Source of the DNA: a virus
DNA length: 64,000 bases
Strand: one strand, 5' to 3'
IMG/VR virus record: IMGVR_UViG_3300042566_001051
Span: 11,126-75,125 of that record
This document shows positions 1 to 9,700 of this stretch, in pieces; position 1 is the stretch's first letter; every line of letters starts with the position of its first letter. Below the pieces are notes generated by a model. That model searched no databases. It saw only the letters and a list, made by a program, of their open reading frames with translations, and was not told where the DNA came from. Made by a program: the position numbers and the translations under genes.

Positions 1-1148
1 TGGTCAGCGAAACCAAGCATTGAAAGATCGACGCCGATGGCGCCAGACAGTAGGCGGGCATGGAGCATCACATCCTCAATCGTGATACTTCCAGCGCGGC
101 CAGACTGCCCGCCATTCGATGGGCCGATATTGGTCAGTTGCTTTTCGTTGAAAACCGGAATGATGTGGCGGATACGCTCCATGACCGGGCGCCCGCTCTT
201 TACGGCCTCTTCGGCGTGCGACTTTGACGCCTTGAGCATGTCCTTGACGGACTCCACAAACCGCTCTTGCTGCTCCAGGGTCATGGACTCAAGATTGACG
301 GCTACCATCTGCTCATCAATCGAATCCATCCAGCGCTGCCCGACAAGTCCAAGTAGTGATGCGGTCAGGTTGTCGTAGGCTTCCTCGGCGTTGTACAGCA
401 GCGATCCGCCGGCCATGCTCGGCATGACAGGCAGGCCGTCAATATCGTCCTCGGTGATGGCCAGTCGCAGTGACTTTTCCACCACGCCATGCTGCGGAAC
501 CCACTGGGTACGCGGCATCTTCATGCGCGCAAGCTGCGACACGTCAAGGCGCTCGAAATTGCGCTCACCGGTGTAGATGGCGTAGCCGACCGTGCGACTC
601 CCGCGCTCGAATGGCTGCACCAGCGGAGGCCGCACCATTTCATCGGCGTAAAGGTCGATCACGCCGCGCGAGTCGGCATAAATTCTGGCGTAGGCATCAC
701 CGAACACTGCCCCCGTGTAGGCGATCTGGAAGGCTACGCGGTTGAATAGCGGCGTCAGATCGGCCGCAACTTCCTCGGCGATGGTAGAAAGCTGCTTGTT
801 CTTTTTGGCGTCCGGGGTCTTTTCGACAAAAACAAGGTCGCCGTTCGTCTCGTGGCCTCCCAGGGCCGAAGTTACCAACAGCAGCAAGGCCGTTGAAACA
901 ATCGGGTCGGACTCCATTGTCGACCACTTGTCGTAGATAATCTGTCGAGACCTGGCCGACCGCTTGCCTGTTCCCAGTAGGGAGGCGACGGTAGTGCTTC
1001 CGGCGCCATACAGGAATGTGTCGGATTGGTCGATCTGGTTTGCCGGGCCAAGAAATGACGATGCCCAGCGGCGCGCCGTCATGCCGAAGCGAGAGAAAAT
1101 CCCGGCGGATTTGGTTGGAACCTTGATCGGTGCGTTGGAAATGGACAT
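1..1148 (-). CDS. prt: Portal protein, P1 Prt-like (runs off the window edge)
   Basis: Not in the ORF track. Read manually from ATG 1148: MSISNAPIKVPTKSAG...RSRQIIYDKWSTMESDPIVSTALLLLVTSALGGHETNGDLVFVE, resembling the P1/T4-type portal N-terminal helix; preceded by the late-promoter motif. Confidence 0.75.
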   Translation of the reverse strand, partial: MSISNAPIKVPTKSAGIFSRFGMTARRWASSFLGPANQIDQSDTFLYGAGSTTVASLLGTGKRSARSRQIIYDKWSTMESDPIVSTALLLLVTSALGGHETNGDLVFVEKTPDAKKNKQLSTIAEEVAADLTPLFNRVAFQIAYTGAVFGDAYARIYADSRGVIDLYADEMVRPPLVQPFERGSRTVGYAIYTGERNFERLDVSQLARMKMPRTQWVPQHGVVEKSLRLAITEDDIDGLPVMPSMAGGSLLYNAEEAYDNLTASLLGLVGQRWMDSIDEQMVAVNLESMTLEQQERFVESVKDMLKASKSHAEEAVKSGRPVMERIRHIIPVFNEKQLTNIGPSNGGQSGRAGSITIEDVMLHARLLSGAIGVDLSMLGFAD

Positions 1149-1177
1149 GTCGCGCCACAGTCATAGACGATGGCACG

Positions 1178-1219
1178 AGGGTAGCGCGGCGGGATTGCCC
1201 GATTCCCGCCCGTTTTCCG
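1178..1219 (-). promoter_or_regulatory. Candidate late promoter upstream of portal
   Basis: CGGAAAAC-N28-TACCCT with internal AATCGGGC; same motif at five other late gene starts. Confidence 0.6.
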
Positions 1220-1227
1220 CTACAGGG

Positions 1228-1533
1228 TCAGGCGTGCGCGATTTCTGGATGCAGCTTGAGGCCCAGCGCGTGCGTTACCTTGAGAATGGTCGCAAAACTC
1301 GGATTCCCTTCGCCTGAGAGCGCCTTGTAAAGGCTTTCGCGCCCAAGGCCGGTTTCCTTGGCGAGCTGCGTCATGCCCTTGGCGCGGGCGATAGTGCCCA
1401 GCGCCTTGGCGATGAAAGCGGCATCGTCGCCAGCTTCTTCCATGCAGGCTTCAAGGTACATCACCATGTCCTCGTCGGTCTTGAGGTGCTCGGCACTATC
1501 CCATTTGCGCAGTTTCAGCGTTCCCATTTTCAT
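1228..1533 (-). CDS. Addiction-module antidote (HigA-like HTH antitoxin)
   Basis: KWDSAEHL...YLEAC...ALGTIARAKGMTQLAKETGLGRESLYKALSGEGNPSFATILKV; directly downstream of a RelE-type toxin. Confidence 0.9.
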   Translation of the reverse strand: MKMGTLKLRKWDSAEHLKTDEDMVMYLEACMEEAGDDAAFIAKALGTIARAKGMTQLAKETGLGRESLYKALSGEGNPSFATILKVTHALGLKLHPEIAHA

Positions 1534-1536
1534 CTC

Positions 1537-1827
1537 CTACAGTTGCCGCGCCAGTTCAAGCGCGGTCTTGATGTCCTTCGATTGAGTGGATTTGTCGCCA
1601 CCCGCCAGCAGAATCACAATCTCCATGCCGCGCTGCGCGAAATACACGCGATAACCCGGCCCGTAGTGAATACGCATCTCCGACACTCCCTCTCCCACTG
1701 GCTCGCAATCACCGAAATTGCCATCTTCAGCCCGGTCGATGCGGGCCTGAATCCGGCGAATCGCTTGCCTGTCACGCAGCCCGGAAAACCAATCGTCGAA
1801 CGTTTCTGTGGTGTGAATGATCTTCAT
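1537..1827 (-). CDS. RelE/HigB-family addiction-module killer toxin
   Basis: FDDWFSGLRD...RIDRAEDGNFGDCEPVGEGVSEMRIHYGPGYRVYF...LLAGGDKSTQSKDI; start set at 1827 from promoter position. Confidence 0.9.
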   Translation of the reverse strand: MKIIHTTETFDDWFSGLRDRQAIRRIQARIDRAEDGNFGDCEPVGEGVSEMRIHYGPGYRVYFAQRGMEIVILLAGGDKSTQSKDIKTALELARQL

Positions 1828-1834
1828 GCGTTCC

Positions 1835-1863
1835 ATTGTATAAATTGGGATACACAAAGTCAA
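1835..1863 (-). promoter_or_regulatory. Sigma70 promoter and operator of the TA operon
   Basis: TTGACT-N17-TACAAT, 7 nt before ATG 1827; TGTAT-N8-ATACA palindrome overlapping spacer and -10. Confidence 0.75.
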
Positions 1864-1930
1864 TGAGAACGACAGCACCGAAACGTTCGTCTATTCGTCG
1901 GCGGCAAAACAGGATATGTTCGCCGCGTTG

Positions 1931-1959
1931 TTGCATCTCTCGCCGTTCCGGGACATAAT
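1931..1959 (+). promoter_or_regulatory. Sigma70 promoter of the c4-antirepressor operon
   Basis: TTGCAT-N17-CATAAT. Confidence 0.7.
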
Positions 1960-2017
1960 CAACCCGCTGCCGCAACAACGGCAGTCGGGATTGGCGTCCC
2001 GGAATCTACAGGCGGAC

Positions 2018-2042
2018 AAGCCGCCAGCAATGCGGCTTTTTT
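2018..2042 (+). terminator. Attenuator-like intrinsic terminator between the upstream C4 target sites and c4
   Basis: AAGCCGC-cagcaat-GCGGCTT followed by a T run. Confidence 0.65.
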
Positions 2043-2072
2043 CATGTCCGTCGGCATGGCGCACCTGTTTAT

Positions 2073-2147
2073 GGGCGGGCCGTGCGGGGAGTCTTCGGAC
2101 TCGCCGGTTTCCTGTAGGCCGGTACGCCAACCTGTACGGTTCCGCCC
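2073..2147 (+). ncRNA. C4-like antisense RNA (P1/P7 immI type)
   Basis: Outer stem GGGCGGGCCGTGCGGG/CCTGTACGGTTCCGCCC, GAGTC-TTCG-GACTC hairpin, and segments CCTGTAG (2111-2117) and ACGCCAA (2124-2130) complementary to target pairs on both sides. Confidence 0.8.
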
Positions 2148-2202
2148 ACCCTGATTGGCGTCGGGGAAGCGGAGACATAAACCGCACTACAGGAGTAATG
2201 CC

Positions 2203-2817
2203 ATGACTGCAACAGCACTCGTGCCCGTCTTCACCAGCACTATCCAGAATCAACCCGCCCAGCTTTGCAATGCCCGCGACCTGCACGCCTTCCTTGATGT
2301 CGGCCGTGACTTCGCCACCTGGATCAAGGATCGAATCGCCGAATACGGCTTTTCAGAGAATGATGACTACTTTCTGATTGATTCCCCGAAACGGGGGAAT
2401 CAAAAAAGCCGTGGCGGAGACCGGCGCAGCAAGGATTACCACCTGACTCTGGACATGGCGAAGGAACTGGCAATGGTCGAACGCAACGAGAAAGGCCGGC
2501 AGGTTCGCCGCTACTTCATCGAATGCGAGCGCCGGGCATTGGCCGCCGTCCCGCCAGCGCCGACTTTGCCGAAGTCCGGCCTTGGCCGCTCGCTGCGGGA
2601 GGAAATCCGGCAGGCCGTGGCCGAAGCGGTGGGGGCCGAACTGCCGAAGCTGACCGCGCCGCTCTACAGCCTCAAGAATGTCTGGGCGCACCTGTCCGCC
2701 GGAAATGGCATGTACATCGACAGCGACACCCTCGCCGAGATTGCCAGCGACTGCAATGCGAAACTCGCCAGTCGGGCGGCGTTCTATCAGCAACGGGCGC
2801 TGGCGGCGAGGCATTGA
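2203..2817 (+). CDS. AntA/AntB-family phage antirepressor
   Basis: CNARDLHAFLDVGRDFATWIKDRIAEYGF...DYHLTLDMAKELAMVERNEKGRQVRRYFIECE; AGGAG RBS. Confidence 0.9.
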   Translation: MTATALVPVFTSTIQNQPAQLCNARDLHAFLDVGRDFATWIKDRIAEYGFSENDDYFLIDSPKRGNQKSRGGDRRSKDYHLTLDMAKELAMVERNEKGRQVRRYFIECERRALAAVPPAPTLPKSGLGRSLREEIRQAVAEAVGAELPKLTAPLYSLKNVWAHLSAGNGMYIDSDTLAEIASDCNAKLASRAAFYQQRALAARH

Positions 2818-2819
2818 AA

Positions 2820-3353
2820 ATGGCACAGAAAACCGAGTTGACCGCAGCATTGCTCCGGGAACTGTTCGACTACGGTACTGACACCGGCCTTTTCACGCGC
2901 AAGGTCAGCACGACCAACCGCGTGAAGGTTGGTGACGTAGCCGGCGCCAAAAACCAGAAGGGCTACATCAACATCATGGTTTGCGGCAGGCTTCACCCGG
3001 CGCACCGTCTGGCGTGGCTGTACGTGCATGGGGTCTGGCCGCAAGGCCAGATTGACCATATCAACGGCATCCGGGACGACAACCGCATCGGTAATTTGCG
3101 GGAAGCAACCAATGCCCAGAACAAGCAGAACATGCGAGCGGCACGGTCGGACAGCAAAACCGGCCTGCTCGGCGTCCGTTGGAATGATCGGCACCAGTGC
3201 TGGCAGTCCCGGATCATGGTGGATGGCAAGGGGCGGCATCTGGGCAACTTCGGCACCGCAGAGGACGCCCATGCCGCCTACCTGTCAGCCAAGCGCGAAC
3301 TTCACGAATTCGGCGAAATCGCCAAGGCCGGGGCTTCCATGTCGGCATCGTAG
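2820..3353 (+). CDS. HNH endonuclease with AP2-like C-terminal domain
   Basis: AHRLAWLYVHGVWPQGQIDHINGIRDDNRIGNLRE...HLGNFGTAEDAHAAY. Confidence 0.9.
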   Translation: MAQKTELTAALLRELFDYGTDTGLFTRKVSTTNRVKVGDVAGAKNQKGYINIMVCGRLHPAHRLAWLYVHGVWPQGQIDHINGIRDDNRIGNLREATNAQNKQNMRAARSDSKTGLLGVRWNDRHQCWQSRIMVDGKGRHLGNFGTAEDAHAAYLSAKRELHEFGEIAKAGASMSAS

Positions 3354-3733
3354 AGCGTCCAGAATTCTCCGCTCTCGCCGTCGAGCATGAATTTGTTGGT
3401 GTAGATCATCTGGGTGCGCAGGTACTCGGTGCGGAACTCATCGGCGGCGATGAGCGTTTCGACATCGGTTTCGCCCCGGTATTCCTTGGCAATCAGCGGG
3501 TCGGACTGGTCGCCAAGGTTGTACCCGTTCCGGTTCATGACTTCCTTGAGGGCAAACCAAAACGGCCCGTAATCTCGATACCTCGGCGGATCGACGCGCA
3601 ACCGCTCGGCAACAACGCCCAAGCCAAACGCCAGGAGATTGGAAAACCCCCGGTTGGCCCGGAGGTTTGCGGAGCGCTCCGCGACGAGCGCCTTGAGCAT
3701 TTCCTTGTCGAACTTGTATTCAGTGAAGGCCAT
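3302..3733 (-). CDS. ulx: Ulx-like protein of the Dar antirestriction system
   Basis: RL..DP.RYRDYGPFWFALK and TLIAA motifs recall P1 Ulx; immediately downstream of darB as in P1. Confidence 0.7.
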   Translation of the reverse strand: MAFTEYKFDKEMLKALVAERSANLRANRGFSNLLAFGLGVVAERLRVDPPRYRDYGPFWFALKEVMNRNGYNLGDQSDPLIAKEYRGETDVETLIAADEFRTEYLRTQMIYTNKFMLDGESGEFWTLYDADMEAPALAISPNS

Positions 3734-3743
3734 GATTCATTCC

Positions 3744-6700
3744 TCAAATTGAACGGGTTGCGTCGGCAAGCTCAAGCTGCTCGGCTGCCCTTGGATAGGT
3801 GCTGACGAGATAATCCCACGTCGAGCGATAGACGTTCCATACCAGTGCATCGCCGTCCCACTTGAACTTGCCAAAGCCGGCCAGGTTCGCGCAGTTCTTG
3901 ATGGTCTCCTTCCACGGCTTGGTATTGCCCTTGATGCCCACCACGTCGGTAGGAAGATTTCCCTTCGGTGCGGAGCCGGACAGTGCCTTGCTCACGGCCG
4001 CCTCGATGGCCGACTTGTAGGCCCAAGGAAGGTAGTCGCTGGCTGGGTCTTTGCCCTTATAGTCGAACCATGACGCAGCGCCCTGCATGAACGATGCGGC
4101 CTGCTCACGAATCTCAGGCTCGGACTCGCCAGTTAAGGCGGCCTTCAAGTTGTCGAGCGATACCGTCTTCTCGATCTGCTTCTGCAACCAGATGTCGAAG
4201 TCGTCGAAATCTGCAATGGTCAGCTTTACGCCCGTTGCGGCAGCGTACTCACGCAGCGCGTCAAACTTCGATTCGCTGCTGCTGCCATGCTGCCGGCGCT
4301 CAACCGCCAGGCTGCTTGATACTACGAAGCTGCCGGAATCGAAAGACTTGATAACGCTCGCCTGGGAATCGAAGATGCTGCGCATGGCCGGCGTCTTGTC
4401 GGCATCGTTCGGCAGAATCACGAATGGGAAATGCGGCTGCGGAAGCTGGTACTCATGGGCGCTGTAGGCCGCAATGGCTTCAACCTTGCGGCGTTGCGCG
4501 ACTTCCGGCACGACCTTGTTGAAACCGTTTTCGACAGTACCCCCCTCGTTGATCCGGTCTTCAATCTCAGCCGCCTCAGTGATGCAGGCATCGTACTCTG
4601 CGGAGCCCTGGTAAATCCACTCGCCGGCCATGATGTCGCGGTCGGCCAGTGGCGAACCGTCACGGCTTCGGCCAAAGGCTCCAGGGCGGCCATTGACCAG
4701 CGTCAGCACGGCCAAGCCGGAGCCAAGCCGGACGAATGCGCCATGCAGGAGCGGCTTGCCGTTATAGACGATGCCGTTCCCGTTGGCGATGGCGTCCGCC
4801 ACGGCCGCCGGATAGGCGCCAGACTCTTCGGCCTGACGGAAGAAGCTGGACTTCGATTCATCGATCATGGATTTCGCCATATCGACCTCGGACTGCCATT
4901 CGTTGGAGATCGTGCCTCCATCGATGGCATCAATGCCGAAGGTCGGCCAAATCTTGCCCAACAGCATGGACTCGATGTCGTCATCCTTTTGCTTTTTGCC
5001 GCCGCGCACAGCAGTAAAGAAGCTATCCAGGGAGACGGTTTCCTTGCTCTGCCCGCCGGCGCGCCACTCGCTGCGATAAATGGTCGCGGAGCCTTCAATC
5101 TGGCGGCGAAGTCCGCCGATGCTTGCCATCAATTCAGCCAGCAGGCTTTCGTTCTTGGCAACAGCCGTTGCCGTGGCCTTCGGGTTGTTGATCCGGTCGC
5201 GCAGCATGCCGGCCTGCTTCTCCATGTTCCACAGGCCGATGATCTTGCGGATGATGAAATTCGCCGGCGTCGGGTTCTCGCTCAGGAAAGCATTCTGCTT
5301 GCGGATGGTGTCGATGTTAATCATCTGCCGGTCGCGGTTGCTTGATGCGCGCGAAGCTGCCTCCTTTGCGGCGATGGTTTCCTGCATGCGGCGCATTGCG
5401 TCAGCATCGCCTACAACGTCGATCAGGGCCTCCATCTGCTCCTTCGACAGGCCGCCGGTGACGGCAACGCTATCGGAACCATTCACATCCATAACCTGGC
5501 TGATCCAGTCGGCTTTCTTGTTCACCATTGCACGCTTGCTGGTGTCAAAGGTTCCGTCGGCATCGTAGTAGTAGAGGCTGACGCGCGCCGTCTTATTGCC
5601 CTGGCGGACGCCGCGCCCATTGCGCTGCTCCAGGCTATCTGGCGTCCATCCGATGGTCAGATGGTGGATAGCCTGCGTTCCCTTCTGGAGGTTGATGCCG
5701 ACCTCTGCCTTCTCGTTGGCGATCACGACGCGGTACTTGTTGTCCTCGCCGCCGGCGTTGAACCCGTCCTGCACCGCCATGATTTCATCGGGTGCATTGT
5801 TGGTCTTGCCGGTGATGACAGCCACGGCGCCAGACGGCACGCCGGCGCGCTTCGAAAGAAGGCGCTTGATCTTGTTATGCAGCGGCAGGATGTCGCAAAA
5901 CACGATCTGCTTGACGATGGGCGACTTGCCGCCGCTCTCGTCAATTCCGCGCGGCGTGGCTTGTTCGTGCTGGAAGTTCTCCAGCATGGCGGCCAGTTTC
6001 GGAGGGACGGAGACATCCAGGTCAAGGCCAAGTTTTTCGGCGATGGCTTCGAATGCGCTCTGGGTATCTGGGTCGATGGTGTCAATCGCAACCCGGTTTC
6101 CATCGATCGCCTTGGCGCGAACCTCGATCTTCAGGAGCTCGCTCTCATTTCCTGCGGCGTCCTTGGTGGTCTTACGGCCAACAATGGCGCTCTCATCGGT
6201 CATTGGCGACGGGCGCGGACGGTCTTCGCTGAACCGCTTGGCGTTGAACTGCTCAATGGCTGCCTTTGCCTTGTCTGCCTGGGCTGCAATGAAACTGTAG
6301 AAGGTGGCGCGCTGGTCAAGCTCAGGGTCGGCGATCAACAGCGTCATCTTGTTGATGAGGTTGAACGGGTGCCCGACCAGTGCCATTTCCTCGCCGAAGT
6401 GGCGCGAGACTTCATCGAATGCGCCCTTGTCTCCACGGTTCGGCGACTTCTCGGAGATTTCGTCAATGGCCCAGCGGAAAGCGCCCTTGTAGAGCTTCAG
6501 GCGATCAACGATGTCCTTGGGAAGCGTCACCGGTGTAGCCTTCTCTTCGCGGTCAGGAACAACAATCTGCTCGCCGACATCCTCTGCTGAACGGATGGTG
6601 AAGGCGCTCGAAAGCGCCTTGCGCAGCACGCCGACGTTGTTGAGGCCGACGAACACGTCCGTGGTGCGAGCTACGCCGTCCATTGTCACGTCGTCCTGGT

Positions 6701-9700
6701 TCTCCTTGGCGCACATCATTTCCATGAAGTTGTCGGCGCCCTTGATACCAAGGCACATGTCATTGACGCGCTCATGCCCAATGGCCAGCGACAGCATGGC
6801 GTAGATTTCCAGCGGGCTATTGGTGATCGGCGTGGCGGTCAGCATCAGGACGCCATCCTTCAGTTCCGACTTTCCACGGATGAGCCAGGATTTGGCCTGG
6901 GCATCAATGCCGCGCTTCGATGCCGGAGACAAGGAAAGGAACTTGGCGGCCTTGAAATCGACGGTCTGGGCGGAATTCTTGAAGACATGCGCCTCGTCGA
7001 ACACGATGCTATCGACGCCCATGTCTTCAAGATATGGGGCGCTGCCGCTCTTGTTTGACAGGAAGGAAAGAAGTCCGGCCTGCTTGCCCTTGGCGCGCTC
7101 GTCCTCCTTCTTGTCCTCGCTCTCGGCAAAGCTGGCGTCAGCCTTGCGCATGAACTGCTCATAGGAGGCGATGGTTTCGTCTCGCAGTCGGATGCGCTCG
7201 AACGCTTCCAGTGTCATGAAAATCTTGCTGTGCCGGTTCTCCATGACGGCCGTCAGGTCGGCGTCGAAGTTCGACGAGCTCACAACCGGTTTTCCGCCCT
7301 TGCCTTCGCGCAGGCCGACAAACAGGCAGTCGTCGGTTGAAGAATAGGCGCGCATGGCCTCCTTGCGCCAGTTGGACAGCACGGAATTGGGAACCACGAA
7401 GAGCGTCTTGGTCTTGACGCCGATGCTCTGGGCGTATTGAACCGCAACCAGTCCCTGGAAGGTCTTGCCAAGCCCTACGCCATCGCCGTTGCCGCCACCA
7501 AATTCGCGGCCTTGCAAGCGGACAAATGCGTTTTGGTAGCCATGCAGCTTGAGTTCAGGGTTAAGGCCAGGAACCGGCAACGGCGATTCGTCGCTGACAG
7601 AGCGGAAGCGCAGCTTCTCGGGGTCGGATGCGACACTTTCCAGTCGGCTCACAATGGCGCGATTGCCGCGCACCCAGCCGTTGAACTGCTCGTTGGCGGT
7701 ATTGACCATCTTGCGCAGCTCCTGGAGCGCCTTGGCATCATCCATGCCAAGTTTGGCGCCGCCAAGCGTAATGGTGCCGTTCTTCAGGTAGTCTCCGATG
7801 CGGTTCAGCAGCTTCTCGCGGTCGGTCAGCTTGCTGCCAGGAACATCAATATCGACGCGCTTTTCGCCAGTCTTCTCGTCATAGATGACAGAGGCAGACG
7901 GATGCACGAAACGGCGAAGGAATTCCGCCTTCTCTTCCAGTGTGACGTGAGGACTGAACAGGTTGAAGGTCAGCTTCGACACATCAACCTTGTCGATTCG
8001 GGCGGCGGCGTCCAGCTTCTGGCGCAGCAGCTTGGCCCGGATTTTCTCGTCGGTTGCTGCGGCGATGTCGGCGTCGGCGCGCTTCAGGAAGTCGGCGTAG
8101 TTGCCGACGTAATAGTCATCGGCGCGGGTGACGCTCTTCCCGTCAGGGGAGACGCACCAGGCCGGGTCTTCGTATGGCTCGAATCCATCGCCATAGATGG
8201 CCTTGGCCTCGTCCATGCCGGCCCAGATGGATTTCGTTTTGTAGCGCAGCCCCTCGAAGCTGGAATCTGCCGTGATTTCGACGGTTGGCGCCTGCTGCTG
8301 CACATCGCCACGCCACACGGCGGAGAACCCGGTTTTCTTCTGGTAGTGGTTGCCGATTGTGGCGAGCCCCTCCTTAACCTTCCCGCCAAGCACGGACGGC
8401 CGCTTTTTCGCGGCCACGGATACGCGCTGCATGGCGTCGGTCAGGGCGGGATATTCCTCGGCGAAATTGACGCCGATTTCCTCGCCAAGTCGCTCTTCCA
8501 GGACTTGGGCGACTGACATCCCAACAATCCCGGCATTCCAAAACTGTGCGCGCTCGCCGGCGTCCTTCAGTCGGCGGATTTCGGCCATTGCGCCGCGTAG
8601 CCACGCCGGTATGTCGAGAGATTGCGAAGTCTCGATCATGTAATCGACGCACTTTTCAGCCTCGATCCAGGTGACGCGGCTCTCAAAGGCGGAATACGGC
8701 GTCTTCAGCTTCCCGACCAGTTCGGCGGCGTCCGCGCTTTCCTCGCTGCGCATCATGGGCACCCAGCGGCCGCCCTGCATCTGAAGCGTCTGGCCGGACT
8801 GGGTGATCGTATCGCCATCGCGGTAAATGATCGGCGTGGTTTCAACCGTGCCCAGCAAGTCCCAATTCACTCTGGAATCAGGGAAGCGCTTCAGCATCTT
8901 GCCGATTTCTCCGACGCTGGCCTGAGTGATGACGCGATCCACGTCGCGGAACTTGTTCGGGTCTTTTGGAACGAAGTCGCCCAGCACGAATCGCTTTCCT
9001 TCGCCGTCGAAGTAACGGCCCTCGATGAACGGCTGCCATTGCACATTGGCATCGATCAGGGATTGCGGCGACTGCTCGCGCAATTCGGCGATCTTATCCA
9101 GGGTCTCGCGGCTGTACTTGCGGAAAGCAATCACGTCGGTCATGGTGTCGGCGCTTGCTGTGCCGAATACCGCGTTTGGCAGCCGGTAGGCGCCAAGGAA
9201 TTCAGCCGCGTAGCTCGCCTTGACGCGCAATTCCTCTTCCTTGCCGCCCTTGCCGGAGACGCAGCGCGGCGGCGTGATGAAAACAGCCAGGCCGCCAGGC
9301 TTCAGCTTCTCCAGGGAGCGCAGAATGAAGTAGTTTTGCAGCGGCTCCTTCTGGTAGCGGTTGTCGTGCAACTGGTTGCCGCCTCGATCTGCGACGCCGC
9401 CAAACGGAACATTTGTCACGATGGCGTCGTATTGCTCGTCCGGCGTTCCGGCTGCCACCTTCTCGAAAGGGGCAACAGTAGCCGTATAGCCTGGGCCTGC
9501 ATTCACCAGTCCATTTATTCGGCCTGATGTCTCGTTGAGCTCCACGGCGTCAATAGCCGCGCTCAGTGGCGCCGTAGCGCCGAAAATGCCAACGCCAGCG
9601 CACGGGTCAAGCACCTTGCCGCCCTGAAAGCCAAGCTCTGACATCAATTCCCAAACGCCCTCGGCAATCGGCTTCGGGGTGTAATACTCGTAGGCGCTGC

